Shown one piece after another: positions 18,286 through 43,983 of a stretch of DNA of 64,000 bases; position 1 is the first letter of the stretch, and every line of letters starts with the position of its first letter. The notes beneath the pieces are model-generated. The model worked only from the letters and a program-made list of their open reading frames with translations, ran no database searches and had not been told where the DNA came from. The stretch comes from Eledone cirrhosa. Its lineage: Eukaryota. The translations under genes and the position numbers were made by a program. The stretch spans positions 395,002,001 through 395,066,000 of the forward strand of contig OZ024741.1 of the NCBI GenBank assembly GCA_964016885.1, in the 5' to 3' direction.

Positions 18286-19083
18286 ATATATTTATTGATA
18301 ATAACAACAATTCAAAATTTCAGGTCCGTTTGGAACAAAATTGACCAACGAAAATACAAAAGGTTTAATGCAGTTCGGTGTGTGTATATACATGTAACTA
18401 CCCTTACACATATTTACAAAAATGTATGCACAACTTGTATACGCATACCAAAAGGATGGATGCAAATACAAAATTTCAAGGTTAATGTCTCTGTAAGTTT
18501 ATAATGCACAGATAAGATGCGTATAGACACATAAATATGAAATAAGTGTATACACATATTTTCATACTCACACATATCCGTACAATCACACACACACGCG
18601 CGTATATGCATAAACATACACATAACTACGAACATACAAACACACACACACCCCCACTCACATATATATATGTGGATATAAAATCCTAAGCACATGGATA
18701 TTAATTCACTCACATAAACACTGGCACACACATTTAGATCAAGATACAGAAATTAGGTGGGAGGGGGGAGAGGTCAGTATTCAACGGTTTGGGCAGACTG
18801 CTTAATATAGATGTATCTATAAACTAAGAAAATAAAAAATAATAAATAATAAATAAACATTAAAAGGAAAGAAAAGAAAAAGAAAAAAGAAAAAAGAAAT
18901 ATATCAAGAAAATATATATATATATATATATACATACACACATATACACACATACATATATATACACATATACAAACACATACATACATATACACACATC
19001 CACACTAAGAACATACATACACACACATATATAAACATATACATATACACACATACATACATATTACACACATACATATAAAT

Positions 19084-19144
<61 letters not shown>

Positions 19145-20395
19145 CACACATACATACACATATAATCACACATACTATATAGACACACATATATATACAC
19201 ACATACACGCACATATACATACACTTACATACTAATATACATACAGATATACACATACATACCTATATATACACACAAATACATACAGACATACATACAT
19301 ACATACAGACAAATACTTACGCATCTATATATCGGTATATACATACAAACACCACTACACTCTCACACAACTCAGACATACAAATTTTAATCAACCTAAA
19401 ATTTAATTTAATTGGCTTAAAATTAGTATCCTTATACAGACGAATTGCAGAATGTCATGTAATCATAGAATGGGATGTGTTTTGGATATATACCTAGTAA
19501 TATATTCTTTGCAATTTTTGAAAAAATATGTATATGTATATGTGTATGTGTATGTGTGTGTGTGTGTATATGTGTATATATGTATATATATGTGTATATA
19601 TATGTATATATATATATGTGTATGTATATGTATATGTATATGTATTAATTTTGATTTCTATTTGCATATAATTATATTCTGCTATTGATAAAATACAATA
19701 TCTGTTTTATTTATTATATACCTAATTAACATATACTATAGAAATAAATATATAATTTTTAATTTAGTTAACCTATAATTTATATTCTACTACCGATGTA
19801 ATACTTTATTTGTTTTTTTCCCTATTACTAAATTCATTTCCTAATATTGATACCATAACGTTATTAACTTTAATTTAGTTATACTATAATTAATACTCTA
19901 CTACTATTTAACTTCAAAATTCTGCTTCAAATATTATAAACCTAACTAATTTACACCTTAGAAATCAATATGTTAACTATCTTTAGTTTAGTTAACATAT
20001 AATTAATGGTATACTTATTTATTTTGAAATGCATAAATTTTGCCTTATTTCTTGTTTATTGTATTTCCTAACACTGAAACTATGTAAAAACATACATTGG
20101 ATCCAGATACGGATAATATTCTATGTTTCTTGAAACATATATTTACTATAATCCCCTTCTCCAACCCCCCCCCCCCCCTTTCCCCCATACTATTATCATC
20201 TGTGTTTGTAAGCGTGTATGTATGAATATATATGTAGGTAGGTGTATATATGTTTGGGTATTTATATCTGAATATAAAAATACATATATGCGCATGCAAA
20301 TAAGAATGTAAGATTGTGTGTGTATATATATATGTGTGTATGTATGTGTATATGTGTATATATGCATGTGTATATATGTGTGTATGTGTATGTGT

Positions 20396-20439
<44 letters not shown>

Positions 20440-20694
20440 ATGTATGTATGTATATGTGTGTGTGTATATATATGTATGTCTCTCTATTTATATGTCTATC
20501 TTCGTATCTATGTGGATATATGTGTGTGTGTGTGCATGTATACACATATATGTGTTTATGTGTATATGTGTGTATGTGTATATATGTGTGTGTGCACACA
20601 CATATATATGTGAGTGTGTATATATGTGTGTGTGTATATGTATGTGTATATATATATATATATATGTCTATGTGTGTATATATGTCTATATTCG

Positions 20695-20771
<77 letters not shown>

Positions 20772-21338
20772 TATTTATTATTATAATATAACTTATGTGT
20801 ATGTGTGTATATGTGAGGGTGTGTATATGTATATATATGTGTATATATATGTGTAAAAAAATATATATGTGCATGTCTGTTTTTTATGTGTGTGTATATA
20901 TATATATGTGTATATATATGTATATGTGGGTGTTTGTATGTGTATTTATGGTTGTATGTGTGTGTGGGTATATATATATAAGTGTATGTGTGTATATATA
21001 TATATATATATATGTGTATATATATCTCTATTAATGCGTGTATATATGTATATGCCTTTTTCTTTGTATGTCTGAGTTGGGTGAGGTTGTAGTGGTGTTT
21101 CTATGTATATACGCATATATGGATGCGTATGTATTTGTATATATGAGTATATGTAAGTGCGTATGTATGTATGATTATATATCTAATTCTATGTATGAGT
21201 ATATATGTGTGTATGTATGTTGTGTGTGTATGTATGTATATGTCTATGTGTGTATATATATATGTATGTATGTGTGTGTATGTATCTATGTATGTGTATG
21301 TATGTACATATATGTCTATGTATGTGTGTATGTATATG

Positions 21339-21387
<49 letters not shown>

Positions 21388-21625
21388 TTATTTTTTATAT
21401 ATATGTGTGTGTGTGTATGTGTGTGTGTGTGTGTATATATATCTTTATATATGTGTATGTGTATGTTCGTGTAGGTGTATGTGTGTGTATGACTATATAT
21501 GTATGTGTGTATGTGTGTATGTGTATATATATCTATGTGTGTGTACATGTATGTATGTGTATGTGTGTGTATGTGTGTATATGTATATATATGTATATAT
21601 ATCCTCAATATATGTATATATATGT

Positions 21626-22590
21626 AAACATATCCTCAAATGCGGAAACCCACAGGGTAGACCCTTGGTCACAGTCCTAGCGACTGAACGCAGCATCGGA
21701 TCCTTAAGGATAAAGGAAGCACTTGTTATTAAGAACCTCAGACCCCCACTTAACAACCGGGCTGAGAGAAATGAGCTGACATGGCTAATTTAACCATAAT
21801 GACCATTCACAGCCTACGGCCTGTTATATTCACACACACGCACGTATATGCATACCCATACGCATGCACACACACTTCTATATTTTACACGCACACATGT
21901 TTTTACAACCTACCACCTTTCACACCCTTTGATTTCCAGCTTCTACAGCCCACTATCTTTCACACACAAACGCACTCACACATATACATACACAGTTACA
22001 CACACACATGTATACCCATACGCTTACACACACACACTTCTATATTTATACACGCACACATATTTTACAACCTACCACCTTTCACACCCTTTGATTTCCA
22101 ACTTCTACAGCCCACTATCTTTCACACACACACACACTCACACATATACACACTTACACCTATACACACACAGTCACACACACATATATATTTACATACA
22201 CATATCTTAAGGCTTTCACACGCTAACGCACCCTCTTGATTTAACCCATTTGGTCAGTAGCTTTTGCCACAGCTTATCACGCGCACGCGCACTCTCTCCC
22301 TCGTTTAAATTTTAAATATTTTTCTCCCCATAACGGCATTCCTGTCTTAACGACACCAACACTTTCTCCGCTTGGCCTGTTTTTCCCCCCTTTTGGAACT
22401 TTTCCCCCGTTGATGGGCGTGAGCCCGAAATATTGGGATTAAAATCTCTACTACGGTAACCCTTCTACCTTTGTTTTGTTTTCATCTTTGTCTCTCTCAA
22501 CTTTCACTTTCACCTGTTTTTCCTATCTATATTTCACTTCCTACCTCGAGATTTCCTTTGCATTGTTGTGGCTTTCTTAAATACGTATTT
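21626..22590 (+). mobile_element. Nested 3' fragment of a second PLE family (GIY-YIG C-terminus + UTR)
   Basis: HILKC...LRIKEALVIKNLRPPLN...* ends 21793; ~160-bp tandem duplication 21835-22140; degenerate hammerhead 22403-22438; absent from the homologous region near 44500-45060. Confidence 0.72.
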
Positions 22591-22925
22591 TTATATATAT
22601 ATATATATATATGTGTATATATATATATATGTGTATATGTTTCTCTATTTGTATATGTATATGTGTATAGGTATATACCTTTTTCTTTGTATGTCTGAGT
22701 TGTGTGAGAGTGTAGTGGTGTTTGTATGTATATACCGATATATAGATGCGTAAGTATTTGTCTGTATGTATGTATGTATGTCTGTATGTATTTGTGTGTA
22801 TATATAGGTATGTATGTGTATATCTGTATGTATATAAGTATGTAAGTGTATGTATATGTGCGTGTATGTGTGTATATATATGTGTGTCTATATAGTATGT
22901 GTGATTATATGTGTATGTATGTGTG

Positions 22926-22988
<63 letters not shown>

Positions 22989-23787
22989 ATTTATATGTAT
23001 GTGTGTATATGTATGTATGTGTGTATATGTATATGTTTATATATGTGTGTGTATGTATGTTCTTAGTGTGGATGTGTGTATATGTATGTATGTGTTTGTA
23101 TATGTGTATATATATGTATGTGTGTATATGTGTGTATGTATATATATATATATATATATTTTCTTGATATATTTCTTTTTTCTTTTTTCTTTTTCTTTTC
23201 TTTCCTTTTAATGTTTATTTATTATTTATTATTTTTTATTTTCTTAGTTTATAGATACATCTATATTAAGCAGTCTGCCCAAACCGTTGAATACTGACCT
23301 CTCCCCCCCTCCCACCTAATTTCTGTATCTTGATCTAAATGTGTGTGCCAGTGTTTATGTGAGTGAATTAATATCCATGTGCTTAGGATTTTTATATCCA
23401 CATATATATATGTGAGTGGGGGTGTGTGTGTGTTTGTATGTTCGTAGTTATGTGTATGTTTATGCATATACGCGCGTGTGTGTGTGATTGTACGGATATG
23501 TGTGAGTATGAAAATATGTGTATACACTTATTTCATATTTATGTGTCTATACGCATCTTATCTGTGCATTATAAACTTACAGAGACATTAACCTTGAAAT
23601 TTTGTATTTGCATCCATCCTTTTGGTATGCGTATACAAGTTGTGCATACATTTTGTAAATATGTGTAAGGGTAGTTACATGTATATACACACACCGAACT
23701 GCATTAAACCTTTTGTATTTTCGTTGGTCAATTTTGTTCCCAAACGGACCTGAAATTTTGAATTGTTGTTATTATCAATAAATATAT

Positions 23788-23941
23788 TTCATTATTTCTG
23801 AAGACGGCGTATATATGTGTTGGTATGTATATTTAATCTTGATAGTTTGTATAATTTTGTATAATTTTGTACATAGATCTGTTGAATATGCATGTCAATT
23901 CTAACACATATATATCCTAGAAACGATCGTTAAATAATGAA
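23788..23941 (+). ncRNA. Type I hammerhead-like motif with extended stem II (copy 2)
   Basis: ttcattattt-CTGAAGA(23798)-~115 nt-GAAA(23920)-cgatcgTT-aaataatgaa; 10-bp perfect stem I. Confidence 0.68.
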
Positions 23942-24142
23942 CTTTTTTTTGTTTAATATAAGGAACTGTTTCATTGTTTATTCATTATTTGTTTAATATT
24001 TTATCTTGACTCTGTATACCGTTTATCTTTCACCGAAAGTGATTTTTCATTACATCTCTTCTTTCCATGATATCCGGAATACATTGAGTTCTTCATACGA
24101 TTGGACACTACCGTAAACTCTTGGTAGATTTATCTACATACG

Positions 24143-24199
<57 letters not shown>

Positions 24200-24295
24200 G
24201 TATATATATATACGTATATATATATACGTATATATATATGTATATATATATATATATATGTATATATATGTATATATATGTATATATATATATAC

Positions 24296-24580
24296 ATGCC
24301 CCCACACCCCCCACTGCAAGGTGGTCGTGGAGGACCCAAGACAAAAAAGCACCCAGCCCACTCTGTAAAGTGGACGTGTAGGCGCCACGAAAAAGCACCC
24401 AGCACTCACTGTAAATGAGGTTGGTGTTAGGAAGGGCATCCAGCTGTAGAAATCAAGACAAATCAGTTCCTGTATGAGCAAGGCATGGTCAGCCGACCAG
24501 ACACTGCCCACAACAGACAACCCGTCTAACCTATGCTAGCGTTGAAGAACGGACGTAAAACGGTGTTGATGATGATGATG
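24296..24580 (+). mobile_element. RTE subfamily 2 3' UTR fragment
   Basis: Matches ~55190-55473; (GAT)n tail. Confidence 0.92.
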
Positions 24581-30289
<5,709 letters not shown>

Positions 30290-30731
30290 ATCATCATCAT
30301 CATCATCATCATTTTACGTCCGCTTTTCCCTGCTTGCAAGGGTGGGACGGGTCTTATTCAGCACAGCATCTCTCCACTCGTCACGGTCCCTCGTCATCTC
30401 CACCGTGAGCTTCAATGATCTGAGGTCTGTTCTCACCACCTCCGCCCATGTTTTTCGTGGTCTACCTCTACCACGTCTTCCTTCAACTGGCATTTCCTGG
30501 CACTTCTTCACCCATCGGTCATCCTCCATGCGCATCACATGTCCATACCACCTCAGTCTCCTCTCCCGTACACTACATTCTATCCCTCTCAGACACAGTT
30601 TCTCTCTCAACACATTTATGCTGGGTCGTTCACGCACATTTACACTGCACATCCAACGGAGCATGCTTGCCTCATTTCTCTCCAGCCGTCGCATATCTTC
30701 TGCGGTTGCTGCCCATGTCTCACTACCATGT
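30290..30731 (-). mobile_element. RTE subfamily 3, 3' end
   Basis: [28 protein letters not shown]...[10 protein letters not shown]...; stop at 30314 adjacent to the (GAT)n tail. Confidence 0.92.
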
Positions 30732-30749
30732 ATGTATATATATATTATG

Positions 30750-30810
<61 letters not shown>

Positions 30811-30920
30811 ATATATATATATATGTATGTATATATATATATATATGTATATATACATGTATGTATATATATATATATATGTGTATATGTATATATATAT
30901 GTATGTATATATATATATAT

Positions 30921-30965
<45 letters not shown>

Positions 30966-30985
30966 TATGTTTGTATGTATATATA

Positions 30986-31021
<36 letters not shown>

Positions 31022-31101
31022 TATATGTATGTATGTATGTATGTATATATGTATGTATGTATATATATATATATATGTATGTATGTATATATATATGTAT
31101 G

Positions 31102-31208
<107 letters not shown>

Positions 31209-31310
31209 TCAGGTTTGAGGTTCACCACTGTATAGAGCTGGTCTATTCCGTATGGTCTCGATTTTCAGCCCCATGGATTTTACCTATTACATTCACGTAT
31301 TATATTTCGA

Positions 31311-31368
31311 ATACCTGATGATATCACCGGATTCATACGGAACCCGGTCATTGAAATGATCATAGTAT
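31311..31368 (+). ncRNA. Type I hammerhead-like motif in a ~210-bp island (31207-31419)
   Basis: atac-CTGATGA-(accgg...ccggt stem)-GAAA-tgatcaTA-gtat; palindromic stem III ATGATCAT. Confidence 0.62.
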
Positions 31369-31419
31369 AATAAACCTTTCAAGGATTTACACAAATCCAG
31401 CCTCTGTCATTTCATTATA

Positions 31420-33037
<1,618 letters not shown>

Positions 33038-33343
33038 TAACTTTGAATAACTTTGAAATGTTTTGGCCAGTATTGGCCCAGGCCATGTCTAACTTAATAG
33101 CACCACCTGGCGAAGTCTTTCAATTCAGGATTTGGGCACCATGGCCCATTCGAGAAGAGAATTACTGTTTGCGGAGACATATCCGGGTGTGGGTGGTTTG
33201 TCCGGGATTACTTGGAGGAATTTGTCCAAAGACTTCTTGAATTTTGTGTGGTCAGTTTCTGTTTTGACGTGTCCTGGTGTGATGTTGAAGAGAGCAGGGC
33301 CGATTGAGGTGAAATAATTGTGCCGTATTGTTGTTATGAGTTG
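33038..33343 (-). mobile_element. CR1-group LINE 3' end
   Basis: - strand reads FTSIGPALFNITP...[21 protein letters not shown]...NSLLEW, stop at 33125-33127; tail (ttcaaagtta)2. Confidence 0.7.
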
Positions 33344-33441
33344 TATATATAATAGGTATATATATATATTATATGTATAGTATATATATATATGGATATA
33401 TGTATTATATAGTATATGTATATATATAGTATGTATATATG

Positions 33442-33491
<50 letters not shown>

Positions 33492-33764
33492 TATATGTAT
33501 ATAGATTATATATATATATATATATATTATATATTATATGTATGATATATATATATATATATTATATATATATATGTATATTATATATATGTATGTATAT
33601 ATATATATATTATGTATATATATATTTATATATATATATGTATGTTTTTATATATATGTATATATATATATGTATGTATGTATATATATATATGTATGTA
33701 TATATATATATATATATATGTATGTTTATATATATATTATTGTATATATATATAATTATGTATG

Positions 33765-33796
<32 letters not shown>

Positions 33797-33879
33797 TATG
33801 TATGTATATATATATATATATATGTATATATATAGTATGTATATATATGTATATATATATATATTATATATATATATAT

Positions 33880-33952
<73 letters not shown>

Positions 33953-34029
33953 ATATATGTATATATATATATATATATATGTATGTATATATATGTATAT
34001 ATATATATATATATGTATGTATATATATG

Positions 34030-34060
<31 letters not shown>

Positions 34061-34685
34061 ATATATGTATATATATATATATATATATGTATGTATATAT
34101 ATGTATATATATATATATATATATGTATGATATATATATGTATATTATATATATATATATGTATGTATATATATGTATATATATATATATATATATGTAT
34201 GTATATATATGTATATATATATATATATATATGTATATATAGTATATATATATATGTTATATATATATATATATGTATGTATATATATGTATATATATAT
34301 ATATATATATGTATGTATATATATGTATATATATATATATATATGTATGTATATATTTATGTATGTATATATATATATGTATGTATATATATATATTATA
34401 TTTATGTATGTATATATATATATTATATATGTATGTATATATATATATGTATATATATATGTATATAGATATGTATGATATATATATGTATATAGATATA
34501 TATATATGGTATGATATATATATATGTATATATATATATATGTATGATATATATATTATATGTATGTATTATGATAGTATATGTATGTAATATATATATA
34601 TGTATGTATATATATATATGTATGTATATATATATATTATTATATATATATATGTATGTATATATATATATGTATGTATATATAT

Positions 34686-34885
34686 NNNNNNNNNNNNNNN
34701 NNNNNNNNNNNNNNNNNNNNNNNNNNNNNNNNNNNNNNNNNNNNNNNNNNNNNNNNNNNNNNNNNNNNNNNNNNNNNNNNNNNNNNNNNNNNNNNNNNNN
34801 NNNNNNNNNNNNNNNNNNNNNNNNNNNNNNNNNNNNNNNNNNNNNNNNNNNNNNNNNNNNNNNNNNNNNNNNNNNNNNNNNNNNN
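34686..34885. other. Assembly gap (200 N)
   Basis: Run of N. Confidence 0.99.
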
Positions 34886-36264
34886 ATTCTGTACGACTTG
34901 GTTAACTATGCGGGTGACCATGGTGTGTCCCACCGTGCCAGATGCCTTCAGCATCTCAGCAACTATTTCCGAAGGCCCAGCCGCCTTACCAGTCTTCATA
35001 TCCTTGATTGCCTTACTTATTATACTCCCCTCGACTAACACTGCTGGTCCCTCTATCGGGTCGATATGGGGGAGACTGTCTTTCTCCCATTTATTCTCCT
35101 CATTTAGTAGCCTTTCATAGTGACACTTCCAAGCTACCTTCTTATCAGTGTCGGTGATGGCAAGTATGCCATCATCGTTAAGTACACACTTCTCCCCGAC
35201 AATATCACGGTTTTCCTTGACGCATTGCCTGGCAATCCTGAACACCTCACGTTTTTGGTCATCGCGTTGTAGAACATGCTTGAACAGTATTCCAGGATTC
35301 TGGAGCCTTCCTCATTTCTAGTACCAAACCCATAGCCTCCATGGATTTCGTCGTAGCCGTCACAATGTTGTCCAACGTGACCATTTAGGTCGCCTGCAAT
35401 AATTATATAGTCACTGTCAGATATTTGGGAGGTAGTTAGCAACAGTGTCTCATAGAATCTGTCTTTTATAGTGCCGGGCAGTCCGGATTGGGGTGCGTAC
35501 GCAGATATTACTGTCACCGTAGTTCTATTGAGGACAAGTCTTATTTTAATTATTCTGTCGTTCACTCTATTTACGTCTATTATCTTATCTGCCCACTTTT
35601 CTGCTACCATGATTCCTACTCCACCCAGCCCATCGTCGTTTCCCACCCAGAAAAGCTTATAACATCGTTTTTTACCCTCAATGAATCTAGCAGACCCACC
35701 CCTCCACCTGGTCTCTTGAATACAACAAACATCGACCTCCTTACGTTCAAGCATTTCTACAACCTCGTTAGCGCGACCCTTTAGGGTGCCTACATTTATG
35801 GTACCAACTCTGAAGTTTTGGGTTGCGTTTGGAGGGTGGGGGTGGTGGGGGGCGGGAGGAGATAGGGTTATGTTAGCCATCCGCGGACGAAACAAAGAGG
35901 AGTGCTCGCATTCTCGTCCACGAGGTGAATTTGACTTTAACTTTGGCATTTTCGCTCTGGGCGTCCAGATTTTTCTCTCCCTTCCACTCTCCAGGATTCC
36001 GCAGTCCGTCCGTCCATCCATCCATCCATCATATATCGAAGGCAACCGGGCAAGCGATAGTATAGGCCTCTGGCTTATGATTTGGTCCGCGTAATAATAA
36101 TAATGGTGATGCGTGGGGGTGGGGGGCTCTGGCTTATAATAATGGTGGTGATGCGGGGGGGGGGGGGGGGGGCTCTGGCTTATGATTGGGCCACGTATTA
36201 AGTATGGTGGCGTGTGGGGGCGGGAGGGAGGGGTGTGGGGGTAGCTAGCTGGAAGGTTATGAAT
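34886..36264 (-). mobile_element. RTE subfamily 1, 5' part with ~600-bp internal deletion, cut by the gap
   Basis: 5' UTR and APE match 2414-3320, then jump at ~35285 to the equivalent of ~3921. Confidence 0.92.
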
Positions 36265-36531
36265 GTTTAACAAGCGATTTAACAAAAAGCAAAACTGCAA
36301 GATTTGTTCTGTTCAATACGACAAAAACACCGTATTTAAACCTTAAATAGATAACAAAAAAATACAGATTTCGGATTTTGCGAGATTGGATGTTTGTTTG
36401 GACTATGTACGAAATTGAGCGTGGAATGGAGAGAATTTGTACTTTACGATTTACATGAGTACATCATAGTAGAAATAATTGAAGCAGCGGTGGATTGGCG
36501 AATGTGAATAAACATGAAGGAGAACTTATCT

Positions 36532-36562
<31 letters not shown>

Positions 36563-36771
36563 AGCTAAGAGAGAGATAGAGGGGAAGAAAGAGAGGGGGG
36601 GAAGGGGGAGAGATATTGTGGCTGACCGCAGCCCCTCGTGGAGTAGCAGGAGGGTGAAGGGGTGGAGCGGATTTTTGACTTTCAAGTAGCATACTATATA
36701 TATTTAAAGTAATTTATAAGTAGAATGGGAAGGATTTTGTTTTTTGTTTGAGAATACGATAGAATTAAGGA

Positions 36772-37540
<769 letters not shown>

Positions 37541-37572
37541 TAAGATCAAAAGATGGTTAAAGGAGTTCCATA

Positions 37573-37643
37573 TATTTTATTATGCGCATTTCAAAAACAA
37601 ACATCATCATGGAATAATATTTGTGTTTTCATCGGATAAAATA
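37573..37643 (-). ncRNA. Type I hammerhead-like motif, C4 core variant, near the end of a 1.1-kb island (37541-38660)
   Basis: - strand tattttat-CCGATGA-stem II-GAAA-tgcgcaTA-ataaaata; 8-bp perfect stem I. Confidence 0.62.
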
Positions 37644-37737
37644 GGAGAACATGGTATGAAGGCTAAAAAACACTTGTGGATAGTGCAGTTTTAAATCAAC
37701 ATATGAAAAGTGGTTTTAGATTGATGTGTGATATTGG

Positions 37738-38150
37738 GAAAAATATTTTATTTAGAGAGGGGGGGGGGGGGATGAAAAGGGAAGGAGATGAGAGGGAGAG
37801 ATGGGTGATAGAGAGAAAGGGATAGTTTTTATAACTGAGAGGAGATATATTTTTTACATAGAGAGTTTGAAAACCGTTGGAAGATACTGTATAAATAAAA
37901 AATTTTGAAAATTAACGAAGGGAGGATATGTGCGATGAAAAATATTTTATTTAGGGAGGGGGGGGGGGGGAGGATGAAAAAAAAGGGGGAGGAGATGAGA
38001 GTGAAGGTGGAGAGGGAGAGATGGGTGATAGAGAGAAAGAGATAGTTTTTATAACTGAGAAAAAGATATATTGTTTTAATATAGAGAGGTTGGGAACCGT
38101 TGGAAGATAATGTATAAATTAAAGGAATTTGAAAATTAACGAAGGGAAAT
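37738..38150. repeat. Two diverged ~200-bp purine-rich tandem copies
   Basis: aaaatatttta...G-run...gagatgggtgatagagagaaa...aaaattaacgaaggga occurs twice. Confidence 0.8.
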
Positions 38151-38659
38151 TATGTATGAAGATAGAGAGAAAAAAAGAAAAATAATAATTGTGGGTGAAT
38201 ATTCTAACGTCAAAAAAGAAATGTATGTATTGTGGCAATTTCAAAATTAGCGAAGAGAAAAATTGTTAAGGTTTGTGTGTAGAAGGATTTGAGAAAAATA
38301 ATGTGAAGTTAAAGTTTGTATATTGATTGAATTGATATGTGCGAATAAAGAGTTAATATGTATTAATAATGAGTTCGTTGATGGGGAGAAAAAAATAATA
38401 AATTAAGGATGAAATTGAGATTAAAAAGATTTATGATAGAGAGAAAAAATAATGATTGCGGATGAATATTCTCATGTCAAAACAAATGTTATGATTTTAC
38501 AAGAAGATAGAATGAGGGTAATGAGTAAACGAGTATTATAGAGTGTATAATGCCCTTTAAAGTAAGGTAGATGGGTATATTTTAAAGAGGTGTATGTATA
38601 TGTGCCTTTGAGAAAAGATGCTAATTGATAAAGAATTGCATGGCCTCAGGTAAAAGAGA

Positions 38660-41589
<2,930 letters not shown>

Positions 41590-42724
41590 ATATCACTTAG
41601 AATTTCTAACCTTTCTCTAACCAAGATGTATTTGATAAAACGACCTTCTATAACGAAGCTCTAGATAGAAGTGGCCACAAAAATAGATTAGAATATATAC
41701 CTTCTACTAAAAATACTAAAAACATACAACCTAATATTACCAACAAACACCAAATGAAAAGTACACACCTAAATGCCACCCACACTATACCCCAAAATAC
41801 CAAATCTTCTAATATAAAATATAGTAACTCTCAAAAAACTACTCATCATACAACTCTAATAAATATTAATAATAAAACTCCTAATAAAAAAGATAAAACA
41901 CCTAAATCTACAAATATAACTAAAAATGGTTGTGGTGAGATCATTAACATTAATCCTCCTAGTAAAAATCACGATACAACCTATAAAAATAATAAAAATA
42001 ATAAACAACATAGAAACCGTAATAGACGGGTTACTTGGTATAATGCTCCATTTAATTTACAAATTAAGGATAATATTGCTAAAAATTTTTTTATATCCTA
42101 GAGAAAAACTTCCCGCCAAACCACAAATACCATCAAATCTTAAATAGGTCTACAGTTAAATTCTCATACTCAACAACAAATAACATAAAACAAAATATAA
42201 GTGCCTATAATGCATATAAATGTAGGAAAACCATAAGTATACCACCAATACATCAAACTAACCATAATATCTCCTCAAATACAGAATTAACGAAAGGTTG
42301 TAACTGTAGAAACAAAGCAAACTGCCCATTAAAAGGGAATTGTCTTGTTAACAACATAGTCTATAAATGTAATGTTAAAACTAAAGATTCTATTTGCTCA
42401 TATATAGGAGCTACTTCTAACAATTTTAAGACAAGGTTTAATACCCACAAGCATAGTTTTAAAAATGCCGCACTGGCTAATACAACATCTCTAGCAGAAA
42501 AAATCAATAGTTATAAAAATAAGAATATAGAATATGATTTGACCTGGAGTGTGCTCAAAAGAGCCACCCCTTATCAAAATAATAGAAATGAATGTAGATT
42601 ATGTTCCCAAGAACTATTTGAAATGATGAAATCTAAGGATATCCTATTAAATAAACGACAGGAATTAATTATATCGTGTAATCATAAACTAAAAAAAACA
42701 TTTAAATATTATAAACCTAATTAA
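41590..42724 (+). pseudogene. PLE RT-thumb end, linker and GIY-YIG endonuclease (frameshifted)
   Basis: ISLRISNLS; RRVTWYNAPF; CNCRNKANCPLKGNCL; IVYKC...YIGATSNNFKTRFNTH; CRLCSQE...LLNKRQELIISCNH. Confidence 0.82.
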
Positions 42725-43916
42725 TAACATTATTTTAGAAATTAATATATAATTTAATTTAAATGTTAGTTAACCTATAAATTTAATTTAATTAAAATTC
42801 TACTACAGATGAGAATATAAAATATTGTGTAATCATAAATTGTGAAAAACCTTTAAACATTACTAATATATACTTAGTAATTTAATTTATAGATTAATTT
42901 TAATTTATTTAACCCTTTATTAAAATTCCTTTACAGATAAAATATAACAAAATATCGTGTATTCAATGACAGAGAAATAATTTTTAGTATTATAGACCTA
43001 ATTAATATACATTTTAGAAATATATTTATAATTTGGTTTTAAATTTAGTCAACCTAAAAATTTAATTTAATTGGCTTAAAATTAGTATCCTAATACAGAC
43101 GGATTGCAGAGTGTCATGTAATCATAGAATGGGATGTGTTTTGGATGTATACCTAGTTAATATATTCTTTGCAATTTTTGAAAAAATATGTATATGTATG
43201 TATATATATGTATGTGTATGTATGTGTATATATGTGTATATATATATATATGTATGTATATGTATATGTATTAATTTTGATTTCTGTTTACATATAATTA
43301 TATTCTGCTATTGATAAAATACAATATCTGTTTTATTTATTATATACCTAATTAACATATACTATAGAAATTAATATATAATTTTTAATTTAGTTAACCT
43401 ATAATTTATATTCTACTACCGATGTAATACTTTATTTGTTTTTTCCCTATTACTAAATTCATTTCCTAATATTGATACCATAACGTTAATAATTTAATTT
43501 AGTTATACTATAATTAATACTCTACTACTATTTAACTTCAAAATTCTGCTTCAAATATTATAAACCTAAGTAATTTACACCTTAGAAATCAATATATTAA
43601 CTATCTTTAGTTTAGTTAACCTATAATTAATGGTATACTTATATTGAAATGCATAATTTTTGCCTTCTTTCTTGCATTTCCTAATACTGAAACTATGTAA
43701 ACTCATATTGAGATCCAAATACAGATTAATATTCTATGTTTTTTGAAACATATATTTACTATAATCCCCTTCCCCCCCCCTTCCCCCCCTACTATTATTA
43801 TCTGTATTTGTAGGCGTGTATGTATGAATATATATGTAGGTAGGTGTATATATGTTTGGGTGTTTATATCTAAGTATAAAAATACATATATGCGCATGCA
43901 AATAAGGATGTATGAT

Positions 43917-43947
<31 letters not shown>

Positions 43948-43952
43948 GCATG

Positions 43953-43983
<31 letters not shown>

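Larger units (their letters stand above)
18071..24003 (+). mobile_element. 5'-truncated Penelope-like element with 1.3-kb inverted pseudo-LTR
   Basis: 18071-19384 is the reverse complement of ~22686-24003; 19385-24003 is colinear with ~43040-47220, the 3' region of the GIY-YIG element. Confidence 0.85.
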
